A stretch of 64,000 nucleotides of DNA from Escherichia coli (lineage in GTDB: Bacteria; Pseudomonadota; Gammaproteobacteria; Enterobacterales; Enterobacteriaceae). The translations under genes were made by a program, and so were the position numbers. The DNA lies in NCBI RefSeq assembly GCF_009931435.1, contig NZ_CP043414.1; one strand, 5' to 3'. Numbering within the stretch: the first letter of the stretch is position 1; every line of letters begins with the position of its first letter. Shown one piece after another: positions 21,211 through 32,200 of this stretch. The notes below the pieces were generated by a model. The model was given only the letters and a program-made list of their open reading frames with translations. It searched no databases and was not told the origin of the DNA.

Positions 21211-24200
21211 CAGGCGCTCTCCTTATCTTGTGCAAAGAACGCCCAGGCCACTTTGTAGTCGTCTTCGCGATCCGGCTTGATAAACGGTGCCTGCCAGGTG
21301 ACGGTACGGCGCTCGCCTTCGTCGCTGCGGGTATAGTCATCAAAGGTGACGCTGACGGTACCGGTTTGCAAATGTTTGACATCATCCCAACCGATGGCTT
21401 GATCGGTGCAGTCACCGCCGGTCCACTCCGGGCTGTCGACGTTAAAGACAAAGCCGTTTTTCAGGTCAGCTTTACGCGCGGTGCGAGGCAAGCCAACGCC
21501 CACCAACCCTTTGCTTGGGGTAAAGATGATGCGGCCGTTTTGGTCGTACCAGGTGTCCGCTTCGTACTGACGCATCACCGGGAACTGTACACGGTAAATG
21601 GTAAGCAGCTCTTCGAGGGTTAACCCCAGCGCCTGTGCCACCAGAACGTCGATTTCCACCAGCGCCTGACGACGACTGTAGTCGGAGCGTAAGGCACAGT
21701 TACGCTGCCACTCTGGGGTCAGATTGGCGAAGAAATCTTGTGGGAGCTGCGGGAGATCGCGGCTCCAGCGTTGGGTATTGAAGTCTGGGGTGTAGCAGGA
21801 TTGCCAAAGGCCAGCATATACATCATTTACAGAATTTAATGATAATACTAAGCAGTATAATAATGCCTTTTGTCTCGGATTGAATAATACGTATGAGAAA
21901 CCATCAAGCATCTGATGTAAGTTTGCCTTGCCAGTAGATTTACAAATAAAATCAAAAGGTAAAGAAAAACACATACCTGAATGTTCGAGTAACTGATTCT
22001 GTGAGCTATAGCAGTAAGAACGTACTGCGTTCATGTGACTTATTTCTGGCGGATAAATAGCACTAATTAGTGTACGTTCCCCCGATTGAGCCAACATGGC
22101 TCTGATAGCTAAGCGATAATAATCTGTTACCTTCTTCGGTTCATCTTCAGCCAGTTCAGTCCATGTAACGCATGGAGTACGTTTGGCATACTCCTGTGCA
22201 TCACAGGCTGGAATATAGTTAGTGCGCGGCAAATAGTCGTCGGGCAGAGTTAGCAAGTCTAGGTTATCGTATGCTTTATTCGTGTCACAAACCGCTCTAG
22301 GCGTATTGTAGAAAGGATTGCCAACAAAAAAATGAGGGCCAGACAAAACCCATTGTGATGCTTCTTCCGGGAACTGTGTATGTCGCTCAATTGTACCATC
22401 GCTTTGCTGATTAGTTTCATGCCACATTTCTAGAGAATAATATTGCCCCTGCAAATCACCTAATCGCCTAGGTTGTTTCGCAAACTTTTCAAGTACTGTA
22501 ACTAATTGTGTAGCATGCAACGCAGGAAGACGGGCTTCCTGGGCAGGAGTTCCGACAACATCATAAAGACGCGCAAAAAGACCCAACTGTTTTAAATTTA
22601 TAGGCACGACTCGATCGAAATGTCCCTGGAAATTCCATTTAACTTTTACTTTGCCATCGATTTCAGTTTCTTCTTTTATCCCCGGGACAATGCCTTCCCC
22701 TTTATGTTCAAAACACGCGTCAATAGTTTGAGGAATAAATAAATTTGCTATATTTGAGAATGCCACTATCTGAGAATAGGGGCCATATACATTGATGCTA
22801 AATCTAGTGTGATTATCTACTTCAGCAAATATTTTAACTTCATTGGCAAATTGAAAATGCGCCCTCAACCTCGGGTACACTGCCGCACGCAACTGCCCAC
22901 CTTTCGGGTCATCATAAATCCCTTCCGGGTGCAGGAAGCCTGCCACGCCTTTCTCTGCCCCTAAGCGCCATGCCTGCGGCAGGAAGCATTTATACAAGTT
23001 GGTCTGCACCCCGCGCAGTACCGGGTAGTTTTGCTGCGCATTGAGGAAGTTTTGCATCCCTTCACAGCCTTCATACTCGCTGCGCCAGGCCGCTTCCAGC
23101 GCTGGGATCTGGTTAAAGGTATCAACACGCAACGTTGCCAGCTTCGATGCACTCAGCTTACGCAGCACAAATTCCGGCTCGTAATCACCCAGCACGCCCG
23201 CTTCCTGCCATTCCACTTTTAGCCACGGCGGGTTTCCGAGCATCAGGTCAAAACCGCCGCGCTCGGCAAACAAGTCGCAGAACTCCAGATCCCAGTGGAA
23301 GAAACGGTGCTGCTTTCTCAGGGCATCGACAATCGCCAGACGCGGCAAATGGCGGAACAGCACATCGGTTTTCAGACGACCAGCAACGGAAAACAGCGAA
23401 GACTCTTCTCGCAGCAGGCCTTCTTCGGCAAACAGATCGCCAGTGGTGTGATCCGCAACTTCAGTGACTTTTTCCGTGATTACAATCCCGTCGAGCAGGG
23501 TTTCAATCTCAAACAACCAGGTACCGCGATCCGGTAGCTCATCAGCTTTGTCGATCGGCCAGAACCACAGCGCGCACCAGTAGTCCATCACCCAACGCAG
23601 CTTCTGGTAGGCGCTGTTATCTTCAAGACGACCGCTAAAGGTTTCATCTTTACTGCTCAGCGAAGAACGTGTCTGCTCGCTGTTTTCTGCCGGCCACACC
23701 GGGTAGCTGTCGGCGGTTTTCAGACGTTCTGCTTTAAGTTGCTGGCGATAGGTGTTCCACAGTGCTTCCACCTTTTCGCTGATACGCTGCACATCAGCAA
23801 TCTCATGCCCGGCAAAGCTTTTAATAAACTCTTTGCGCCAGCTGTCCAGCGCTTTGAAGTCATCCGGATAACGCTGCTTAACAGTTTTATCGCTGTAATT
23901 AGCCATACCGCCGTCGGGCAGCAGGAAGTGGAAAATCTGCGTCTCTTCACGCGGCGTGTTCATCGCCAGTTCGACCGGCTCGCTGTTAAGCCAGCTCGGA
24001 TCTTTGACTTTTTTGTAGGTCAGTTCGCTCTTGTTGAACACCTGACGGCGCGCGCCCACCAGCGAGTTACCGCAGTGCAGCTGGTAACCAAACCACGGTA
24101 CAAAGGCATCGCCACTGATGGCGTTCAGCCACAGTGACACTTCCGCCAGCTCCACCGCCACCGGGTTTAAGTCCACGCCGAAAACGTTGTTGTCGGCAAT

Positions 24201-26144
24201 GTACATTTTCACCCGCTGTAACTCCTGGGTGTAACGATCCTGCGGAATACGTCGACCTTCCGCCTGCTGTTTGTGGAACAGATACGCTTCCGCCAGCTGG
24301 TTGATGGCTTCGTTAAGGAACGCCGCGCTGCCCATCGCCGGTTCGCACACGGTGAGGTTTAAGATGGCATCAGCTTTGGCGTGCGGATCGCTAATGGGAT
24401 CAATCTGCTCCTTAAACAACTCTTTCAGGGCATATTTAACCAGTGAGCGGGTCAGCACTTCCGGGGTGTAATAAGAGGCAGATTTCTCACGGTCGCGTCC
24501 GGCCATACGGTAGATAAAACTGCCTTTGCGGTGAATGCGCAGGCTGCCGTCTTTCTCGTAGACCTTCTCGTCTTCGTGGTATTTGCCAATCTCATCCTTA
24601 CTGACGAAGTAACCCGTCTCCAGCTCGTTAAACTCTTCTCCGGCTTTCTTCACCTCGTAGAGATCTTCGCTGGCGAAGAATCCGCGATAGGAGAGCAGTG
24701 CCTCATACACCGCACCCAACTGGTTGATACCCAACTGGCGATAAGAAATACGTCCGCGGCGGTTAAAGCGCTCTTTGCCCGGGCGGCTTAACGACATCGC
24801 CTGGATAATCTGTTGCAGGGTTTCGTTACGGAATACCACGCGGTTAAGAATGCGCGTGTTGTTGGCATCAAACAGATGACTTTCCAGACGCGGGACGCTG
24901 AACTGATGACTATGGATGGTGATCCGGTCGCCGCTCTCCAGGTCACTCTGCATTTTCACGCCGCCGTTGTAGCCTTCGCGCACCAGTTTAAACAGCATAT
25001 TCAGGCTGTCGTGGAAGTAGCGCCCGTTGCGATCTTCTTCGCTGGTCAGCGGGATCATCTCCAGATCGCGCAACGTTTCCAGGCTGTAACCTTGCAGATA
25101 GGTTTTGGCGGTCATCGGCGCATAACCCAGCTCCGGGCGCGCTTCAATGTAGAACAGGAACAGCAGGCGGTACATGTAACGCAGACATTCGCGGCTCAGT
25201 TCATCCGGGTCCACCGCACGGTTACCGGTATAGTTTGCCAGGCCACGGTCGATCAGGTAATGCATCGCTTCGTTGCCCAGCAGCTCAATGCTTTCGCGCA
25301 GGGCATATTTCAGATCTTCCGACACGCCAAACGCATGTTTGTGCGAATTGTCATCCAGCGAGTCAAGATAAGGTGCCCCACTGCCCGGCAGCAGAGAATC
25401 TTTATGTAGCAACACCGCCGTCGCTTTCAGCGTATCCGTTTCACGACGACTTAAAATCTCTTCAAAATCAAAACGCAGCAGACGGTTTTGCGCCCACTTA
25501 GTACGGTCCAGCAGCAATAGCTGACGGTTACCGAGCAATAGCACAAAACGCGGAGGTTCATTTTGGGTGAAGACCGCCGTAGAGAGCAGATCTTGCCAGC
25601 TGCGATATTCACCGTTGGCTTTTTTGCGCAGGCTGTCGCGCTTATGTTTGTCGGTATCCGCCGGGAATTGCGCGGTCAGTAAAGAGAGCGCCAGCGGATC
25701 CAGCGTTCCCTCTTCCTGATCGTGTGCTTCGACAATCCACAGCCACGGGCTACCGTCAGTGCTGTTGTAACGCGCCAGTACCGGCAGCGGTGTATCGTCA
25801 TCCAGCATTTGGATCTGCGGCGTAATTTCGTAACCCAGCGCCTTTAACAATGGCTGCCAGCGATTACGTTGATCGGCCAGACGTTGCGGGATCTGACGCT
25901 GTTTTTCGTGCTCGGCAAGTTTGCGGAAAAACTCAGTCGCCAGACTGTTAAACTGGTTCCACGGAGCGCGGTATCCCGGCTCTACGTCTTTGCCCTGTTC
26001 ACGAGCGGCACGCTCCGCTTCACGCGCTGCATTTTCCTGGGCTATCCAGGGTTCCAGCACATCGCGGATATCACTGGTGAAAACCTCACCCAAATAGTGG
26101 TTAGAGTAAAATTCGTTTTCGTTATTAATACCGACCAGCGCCAT
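21210..26144 (-). CDS. Very large (1644 aa) gamma-class N6-adenine DNA methyltransferase (DrmMI/PglX-like)
   Basis: AdoMet-binding motif I (...LNLTVCEPAMGSAAFLNEAINQ) followed later by the catalytic motif IV LMLGNPPWLKVEW (NPPW), which is the gamma-class order. It has long N- and C-terminal extensions and sits 2 bp downstream of the SNF2 gene. Confidence 0.75.
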   Translation of the reverse strand: MALVGINNENEFYSNHYLGEVFTSDIRDVLEPWIAQENAAREAERAAREQGKDVEPGYRAPWNQFNSLATEFFRKLAEHEKQRQIPQRLADQRNRWQPLLKALGYEITPQIQMLDDDTPLPVLARYNSTDGSPWLWIVEAHDQEEGTLDPLALSLLTAQFPADTDKHKRDSLRKKANGEYRSWQDLLSTAVFTQNEPPRFVLLLGNRQLLLLDRTKWAQNRLLRFDFEEILSRRETDTLKATAVLLHKDSLLPGSGAPYLDSLDDNSHKHAFGVSEDLKYALRESIELLGNEAMHYLIDRGLANYTGNRAVDPDELSRECLRYMYRLLFLFYIEARPELGYAPMTAKTYLQGYSLETLRDLEMIPLTSEEDRNGRYFHDSLNMLFKLVREGYNGGVKMQSDLESGDRITIHSHQFSVPRLESHLFDANNTRILNRVVFRNETLQQIIQAMSLSRPGKERFNRRGRISYRQLGINQLGAVYEALLSYRGFFASEDLYEVKKAGEEFNELETGYFVSKDEIGKYHEDEKVYEKDGSLRIHRKGSFIYRMAGRDREKSASYYTPEVLTRSLVKYALKELFKEQIDPISDPHAKADAILNLTVCEPAMGSAAFLNEAINQLAEAYLFHKQQAEGRRIPQDRYTQELQRVKMYIADNNVFGVDLNPVAVELAEVSLWLNAISGDAFVPWFGYQLHCGNSLVGARRQVFNKSELTYKKVKDPSWLNSEPVELAMNTPREETQIFHFLLPDGGMANYSDKTVKQRYPDDFKALDSWRKEFIKSFAGHEIADVQRISEKVEALWNTYRQQLKAERLKTADSYPVWPAENSEQTRSSLSSKDETFSGRLEDNSAYQKLRWVMDYWCALWFWPIDKADELPDRGTWLFEIETLLDGIVITEKVTEVADHTTGDLFAEEGLLREESSLFSVAGRLKTDVLFRHLPRLAIVDALRKQHRFFHWDLEFCDLFAERGGFDLMLGNPPWLKVEWQEAGVLGDYEPEFVLRKLSASKLATLRVDTFNQIPALEAAWRSEYEGCEGMQNFLNAQQNYPVLRGVQTNLYKCFLPQAWRLGAEKGVAGFLHPEGIYDDPKGGQLRAAVYPRLRAHFQFANEVKIFAEVDNHTRFSINVYGPYSQIVAFSNIANLFIPQTIDACFEHKGEGIVPGIKEETEIDGKVKVKWNFQGHFDRVVPINLKQLGLFARLYDVVGTPAQEARLPALHATQLVTVLEKFAKQPRRLGDLQGQYYSLEMWHETNQQSDGTIERHTQFPEEASQWVLSGPHFFVGNPFYNTPRAVCDTNKAYDNLDLLTLPDDYLPRTNYIPACDAQEYAKRTPCVTWTELAEDEPKKVTDYYRLAIRAMLAQSGERTLISAIYPPEISHMNAVRSYCYSSQNQLLEHSGMCFSLPFDFICKSTGKANLHQMLDGFSYVLFNPRQKALLYCLVLSLNSVNDVYAGLWQSCYTPDFNTQRWSRDLPQLPQDFFANLTPEWQRNCALRSDYSRRQALVEIDVLVAQALGLTLEELLTIYRVQFPVMRQYEADTWYDQNGRIIFTPSKGLVGVGLPRTARKADLKNGFVFNVDSPEWTGGDCTDQAIGWDDVKHLQTGTVSVTFDDYTRSDEGERRTVTWQAPFIKPDREDDYKVAWAFFAQDKESA

Positions 26145-26146
26145 GA

Positions 26147-29005
26147 TTAACCCTCCGCTCCGGTGATAACAGCAATTACCTGAATGTAGGGTTCTTTTTC
26201 AGTCGTCATGGTGTCCTCAATCCATTCAATATAGCTGTCAAAATTGTGTTCGATTTCGCGTTGTCTCTGCTCTTTACGGCTCTGCTTAACTGACAATTGC
26301 TGTTTGTTATCGGCAAAATCCAGCTCAAGTTGGCTCAACTGCCGCCCACGCAAAACGTCCAGCTTTTGCAGATGCTCATTCAGTTGCTGGTTAATGTGCG
26401 TTTCAAACGCATTCCGATCATGGATGAATACCTCCCGGGCATGAGCAATAGCCGCTTCCAGTAAATCCTGCTGGCGCTGGTGATTACGATCTTTACCGCC
26501 GCTGTTAGTCAGCTTGTTACTCAACTGCGGATGACGTTGTAAAAACTCAGCAAATGGCTGACTGCCGATTAGCGATTCACGGTTAAAGCTCACCACTATC
26601 CACGGGTTCACCATCGGATGTGATTTACGGTTCGGGAATAACCCGGAAAGAATGAAGTGATCTTCATCGGGTTCAAGCAGGTATGGCAGACGGATAACCG
26701 GTGCCTGATGACGACCAAAAGCCGAAGAGATTTTATCGTCCAGCCACTGCACTACCGGGTTGATTTGCCAGAGATACTGCACATCGGGCCAGGCATGTTG
26801 CTCACCGCGAGCGCGTGCAATCGCGTCGGTGATGACGGTTTTATCCTGACTTAAATAGAGCTGCCAGTTCTCCGGGGCGATTTCAGGCGGTAGCTGGTTG
26901 AAGCGGCGGCGTAACTCCTCCGGTGCCACCAGCGACAAGGTATTATCAGGCAAGGTTTCATACTGGATAGTTTGACCACTGGCTTTCAGGTAACCCAATG
27001 CTCTTTCGCAGTACGCCTGTTCGCTGGCAAACAAGCTGGTGTCTGTTTCGGTAACCATTGAGGCATCGCTGGAAACCGCACTGCATATTTCGCCAAACAG
27101 ATCATGTTCGGCGCTTTCCGAGACGTTGCTGTTCAGCAGTTGATCAAACAGGCTGGCACCATCATCCTGCATCATGAACTCTGCAACCTGCTCTTCTTCC
27201 TCTTCCTGGGTAAATTTGCCGGTAAACTCCGAACTGTCCCCAATGTTCTTCTGCGCCTGTTCGTCTTTGTTGATCAACACTTCCAGTACGCGCATATCGC
27301 CATTGATCTGCGGTTCGCTGGCCTCGGTAAGCAGATAGCGGATTTGAGGCTGATGTTTTTGCCCATAGCGGTCAATACGCCCGTTACGTTGCTGGAATAC
27401 CATCAACGACCACGGAATATCAAAGTGAATCATTTTGTGGCTAAGGTGATGCAGGTTGATCCCTTCAGATGCCACATCCGAACAAACCAGAAGACGCAAC
27501 GGCGACTGCGTTTTACCAAAGGCTTCTACGGTTTCCATCAACACCGTATCGCCCTGATCGCCGCGCAGCGTGGCGATCTGATCATCTTTCAATTTCAGAT
27601 CCGCTCGCAGTTGCTGTTCGAGGAACTCCAGCGTTTTAATGCTTTCGGTGAAGATCACCAGGCGATCTTCCGTGTTATTGGCTTTCCAGGCGAGGTCTTT
27701 TCGGATGGTGTCGAGCAGCAACTGGTATTTGCTAAACTGGCTGGCATCAATGTTATTCAGCGCCAACAGCAATGACTCCAGTTCGTTGATCTGGCTCTGG
27801 CTATTATGATCTTTACGGCTCTCAAGACGCTTCAGACGATTAGCCACTACGCTGGCACACGCCATCGGGCTGGAAAATAGCGCTTTTTCGAGGGTTATCT
27901 TGAACAGACGACCTTTGTTAGACTGGGCCTGTTCATCGTCATCATCACGGAACTGACTCTCAACCAGGCGACGGTATGCTTCTTCTTCGGCACCGGATGC
28001 CAGGCGAGTCAGTTTGACAATATTGCGCTCGGGGAACTCGCCAGACATCTGATCTTTCACGTCTTTTTTGAAGCGACGGACAACCAGATTTTTATCGGCA
28101 AAGTCGGCGTATTCATACTCTTTCGGGTTGGCGATCGCCGTCGGGTCAAGCATGTTCATCAGGCTGGCAAAACTTTCAGCTTTACCATCATGCGGCGTTG
28201 CTGAAAGCATAATCAGCGTATCGCTGCGCCCGGCGAGCAGTTTTGCCAGTTTACTGCGTAACGAACTGGTTCCACGTTCTGCGACGTTATGGGCCTCATC
28301 AATGACAATAATATCCCACCAGGCATTTTCCAGATGGTGACGATATTCAATATCTTGTTTCAGCGTATCGATGGAGATAATGGTCTTGTCAAAATAGTGG
28401 AACGGGTTGTGGTTGGTAGGGATGCGGTTACGCACTTTTTGTAAACCAGCAGAATCCAGGCGGGTCAATGGGATCGCAAAACGGCTCCAGAACTCCTTCT
28501 GGAATTGTGTCAGCATCGATTTAACCGCCAGAACCAGAATACGTTTTCCGCGCCCACGACGGATCAGTTCCGAAACCAGAATACCCGCTTCCAGCGTTTT
28601 ACCCAGACCGACAGCGTCGGCAATGAGTATCCGCTGACGCGGTTGTGCCAGCGCCATCCGCGTAGGATCGAGCTGAAACGGCATGGAATCCATCGCCGCC
28701 AGATGTCCAAAATGGACTTTACTGTCTGTCGGTACGCGTTGGCGTAACTGACTTTCAATATACAACTGTGCCGCCTGATAATTGGCGGATTCATCTTCCA
28801 CCAAATGCGTTTTTGCGGGATCAAGGATCTCTACTTTTTGTTCCAGTTTGGTCAGAAATAACCCTTCTTTACCGCGCACCAGCTCTGAAATACCATCGCA
28901 GGTCAGCAAATACCCACCATCACCACTGTCATCCGCCCGGCGAATACGCCATTCGGCATCACGAATAACCACCCGCATACCAGGTGCATAATTTTGCTTA
29001 TTCAT
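26147..29005 (-). CDS. SNF2/RAD54-family helicase (DrmD-like), first gene of the DISARM-like operon
   Basis: ADAVGLGKTLEAG (motif I), IVIDEAHNV (DEAH), LMLSATPHDG (motif III), C-terminal QQRNGRIDRYGQK (motif VI). Preceded by a 223-bp intergenic region containing inverted repeats. Confidence 0.75.
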   Translation of the reverse strand: MNKQNYAPGMRVVIRDAEWRIRRADDSGDGGYLLTCDGISELVRGKEGLFLTKLEQKVEILDPAKTHLVEDESANYQAAQLYIESQLRQRVPTDSKVHFGHLAAMDSMPFQLDPTRMALAQPRQRILIADAVGLGKTLEAGILVSELIRRGRGKRILVLAVKSMLTQFQKEFWSRFAIPLTRLDSAGLQKVRNRIPTNHNPFHYFDKTIISIDTLKQDIEYRHHLENAWWDIIVIDEAHNVAERGTSSLRSKLAKLLAGRSDTLIMLSATPHDGKAESFASLMNMLDPTAIANPKEYEYADFADKNLVVRRFKKDVKDQMSGEFPERNIVKLTRLASGAEEEAYRRLVESQFRDDDDEQAQSNKGRLFKITLEKALFSSPMACASVVANRLKRLESRKDHNSQSQINELESLLLALNNIDASQFSKYQLLLDTIRKDLAWKANNTEDRLVIFTESIKTLEFLEQQLRADLKLKDDQIATLRGDQGDTVLMETVEAFGKTQSPLRLLVCSDVASEGINLHHLSHKMIHFDIPWSLMVFQQRNGRIDRYGQKHQPQIRYLLTEASEPQINGDMRVLEVLINKDEQAQKNIGDSSEFTGKFTQEEEEEQVAEFMMQDDGASLFDQLLNSNVSESAEHDLFGEICSAVSSDASMVTETDTSLFASEQAYCERALGYLKASGQTIQYETLPDNTLSLVAPEELRRRFNQLPPEIAPENWQLYLSQDKTVITDAIARARGEQHAWPDVQYLWQINPVVQWLDDKISSAFGRHQAPVIRLPYLLEPDEDHFILSGLFPNRKSHPMVNPWIVVSFNRESLIGSQPFAEFLQRHPQLSNKLTNSGGKDRNHQRQQDLLEAAIAHAREVFIHDRNAFETHINQQLNEHLQKLDVLRGRQLSQLELDFADNKQQLSVKQSRKEQRQREIEHNFDSYIEWIEDTMTTEKEPYIQVIAVITGAEG

Positions 29006-29228
29006 CGGTTTTTCTGTCTATTTGGGGCAGTGGCGGTAACGTCATCCTGAAAAATGTGGCGCGGCACACTGCGATAAAAAAGAGGGCCTTAAAGATATCA
29101 TGAAGGCCCCCGGCAAAGTGACAAAATGGGAGGGAATGCGCATAAATTGCGCATGATTTTCAAACAAAAATTATTAAAAAGTGAGCTGGGTCAACTCCCC
29201 TGGAAGATATCCCCAGGGGAGCAATTAT
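29006..29228. promoter_or_regulatory. Intergenic region between druE-like and the SNF2 gene with two perfect inverted repeats (putative terminator and operator/promoter)
   Basis: CTCCCCTGG-aagatatc-CCAGGGGAG at 29195..29221 lies 8 bp beyond the druE-like stop. ATGCGCA-taaat-TGCGCAT at 29136..29154 is a second palindrome. AT-rich sequence follows toward the SNF2 start. Confidence 0.45.
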
Positions 29229-32200
29229 TTATCCAGCGATAACATAACTCCTAAGGTCATTACCCGGGGCAACAGCTCGCGCTCGCGTGTTTGCCAGCCG
29301 TTCAACTTGCTGCGGTACTCGCAGAGCAAAATCAAAGAAGGTGTCTTCAATACAGCGCCAGTAGCTAAGCCCCATGTCGAGCAGGACATAATGCTGACTG
29401 CCATCGCTGAAGGTGACTGTCAGTTCTCGTCCATGCTCCGTACTCTGGTTATCCCCCGTTAACCAGCTAATTGCTCCCGGCCACGCAGGCCCCAGATATC
29501 CTTCTTCAAGTAAAGTGGTCACAACCTGCTGACGATCTTCCTCATTAAGCCACGCGTTATAGAGAGCGTCGTGTTGGCGAGAGTTGTAATCCAATTTTTT
29601 GACGCAAACAGTGAGGCTGGCACGTTCCGCCATTCCCTGTTCAACCAGCTCAGTTAAGATTTCACCTAACAAACGCGCCGTGAATGGGCTATTAAGATAA
29701 CGATCGCTGTACTCAACATGCGTTATCTCTTTGTGGCGGGTAAATGCCTGCTTCCAGCCAGCGTGCTGTTGCGTGACTAACGACCAGAAACGCGAACCAA
29801 ACCCTTCCAGCGGCCCGTCCAGTTGCTCGCAGAGGTTGATGCGCACCGCCCCGGTGGGTAAGGCGGGCAGTAAATCTTCTGCACTTAAGGTCTGACCCGA
29901 GAAGGTTTTTCCGGACGTTCCTTTAAGTGTCACTACTGGTGAGGACGCACTTTGTCCCCATAATTCACCAGGTGCAACGGTAGCGCTGTCGTCTGCGGCC
30001 CACTGTTGGCTTTGCCCTTCGCGAGTCACCTGCGCAAGCCAGCGCCCCTTTCCTTGCATGAGTTGCGCAGTGGCAATGGATTTCACTTGTAAGCGCCCTC
30101 CCGGCATCGCCGCCAACGCGGAAAGCTGATGTCTGGAGCTATCAGTTAAGTTTGCCAACGGCGTGGCCACCAGCAACTCAACATGCCCACCGGAGGAGGC
30201 AAACTGGAGCAACTCTTTAAATAATGGCCATTGGGCAAAATCCCACTGTTCCTGCGGCCCCGCAAGAACCAGCGAGCAGGAGTCATAAATCTCGCTGTTC
30301 AGGCATTGCGCAATACGTAAACTCAGCGGGTTAGTTTCAACCCGGCTACCATCGCCGAAGTACTGATATTCTGGCGCGAGGTTAAGTCGCTGCAACCGTA
30401 CATTGGTAAGCAGGGTTAATGCATGGTGACGATCTAATCTGTTGACATAATGCTGACTGTCGTAGCTGAGCAAGCAGTGGTGACAGAATTTATCGCAACT
30501 GCAATCGAGCAATTTTCTGGCGTAATTAAAGACATCAGCCCAATGGTCGATCAATTGCACTGCATAACCTGCACCACCCGCATTATTGTCGTAAATGAAG
30601 ATGGAATATCCGGTATAGCCATTGATATCGCGCGCTTGCTGCGTCGTCACGCCCAGCTCAGTATTTTCGATACCCAATTTATGCGCTAACCCTTCACGCA
30701 AAGCGACCGCAAGGGATCGCGCGGCAACCTCATCACGGATCAACAGGCCATTATCATCATTGAGTTGCAGCTCAACCATATCTGTACGACTGCTATACCC
30801 CAACCACAGATCTTTATGCACATGACCGTGGCACAATTTATTGCTCCCCTGACGATCGTTACTGCCCCCTCGCAACAGGTAATGCGTATTTTCCCGCTCT
30901 GGGTTCTTTAGATTTTCAGGGGTACGCTGGGGTTGAGTTTGAGATTCTGCCCGACCACATGAGAGGCAAATTGCGTAGCCGTGCCCAAATTCCCCTTCAC
31001 TGAAGTGGAACAATTCCCCACTATGGCTAAAACGGTAACGTCCTAGCCCAGCATCGGGTAAAGAAACCCACACCGAAGACGGTACAAGAACACGTGGATC
31101 TTTCCAGGGAAGTTGTGCAGGCATGGATACATCATTATGTGCCTGATAACGAATATCTGTCGCAAAACCAACAGGCTGTAAATAACGCTTCACATCAAGT
31201 TGCTGTATATCCGCTTTGCAGTGACTACATTCGACAGGATGGGTAGCACTGGTTGCCCCCGCACCACATTTACGGCAATGCCAGAACCACGGAATATGAT
31301 GATCGCCTGACAGCTCCTGCCCGCTGGCAAGTACCTTGCCAAGCATAATGCCCGAGGAACGATATACTTTTCCGCCCAATACCACATCTGCACCAGGCGC
31401 ATACTCGCGTAATGCTGTAGGTAGATCACGGCTGGGCAATTTTTCAATACGACGAGAAAAGCTTTCTCCCCCTTCATTAGGGTCAGCCTGAGTAGCTTTT
31501 ATTGCGCGACGTTTTTCCAGCTCATCTGCCGTCAGATAATTGAAATTGACGACACCAACCGGGAAACCATGCCCCGGCAGGAACGCTTCACTAATGAGTT
31601 TAGAAAACAGATATGCACCGCGATAATCACGAAGCTGATAAGCGATGGCTTTACCTGCTGGCGTTTCTTCCCACGCGCTGTTATCCGCTTTCAACGCTTC
31701 GATATTTTCCAACAGTATCGCAAGTTGGCTTCTCCAGCGGATATCAACCTGCTGCATCATTGCTTGTGTGCGGGTCAAGAGCTGGGTTGCCGTCAATGAC
31801 ATCAGGACGGTTCCCTGAGTAAGGCGTTTAAGTTTATCCGCTAGCTGATCGGCCTGGTTATTTAACCAATGGAGAAAACGAAGACACTGGCTCTCATCAC
31901 CTTCAAAGAACCATTTGCAACTCAGTTTTGTCGCATCAGGAACTTCAGCTCGTAAAAACAGACCTAAAACCAGGGCATTAACATGTCGTTGAACAATACT
32001 GCTGCTCCCAAAACGAACCCGTGGCGCACTGGCAGTAGTGTTGAACGCCCAGAGGGGGTCTTTGAATACCTCCATTCCATGCGCCGTGTTTTTACATAAC
32101 GTAATGGCAGCAGATGCACTCTCTCCACGTCGACCCGCGCGGCCTGCACGCTGCAAATAATTTGCCGGAGCTGGAGGAACGTTGTTCATTGCCACCAAAC

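Noticed and set aside
23031-25501. Several 60- to 200-aa plus-strand ORFs (e.g. 24813..25409)
   Set aside because: All are antisense and internal to the 1644-aa methyltransferase gene; no independent support.
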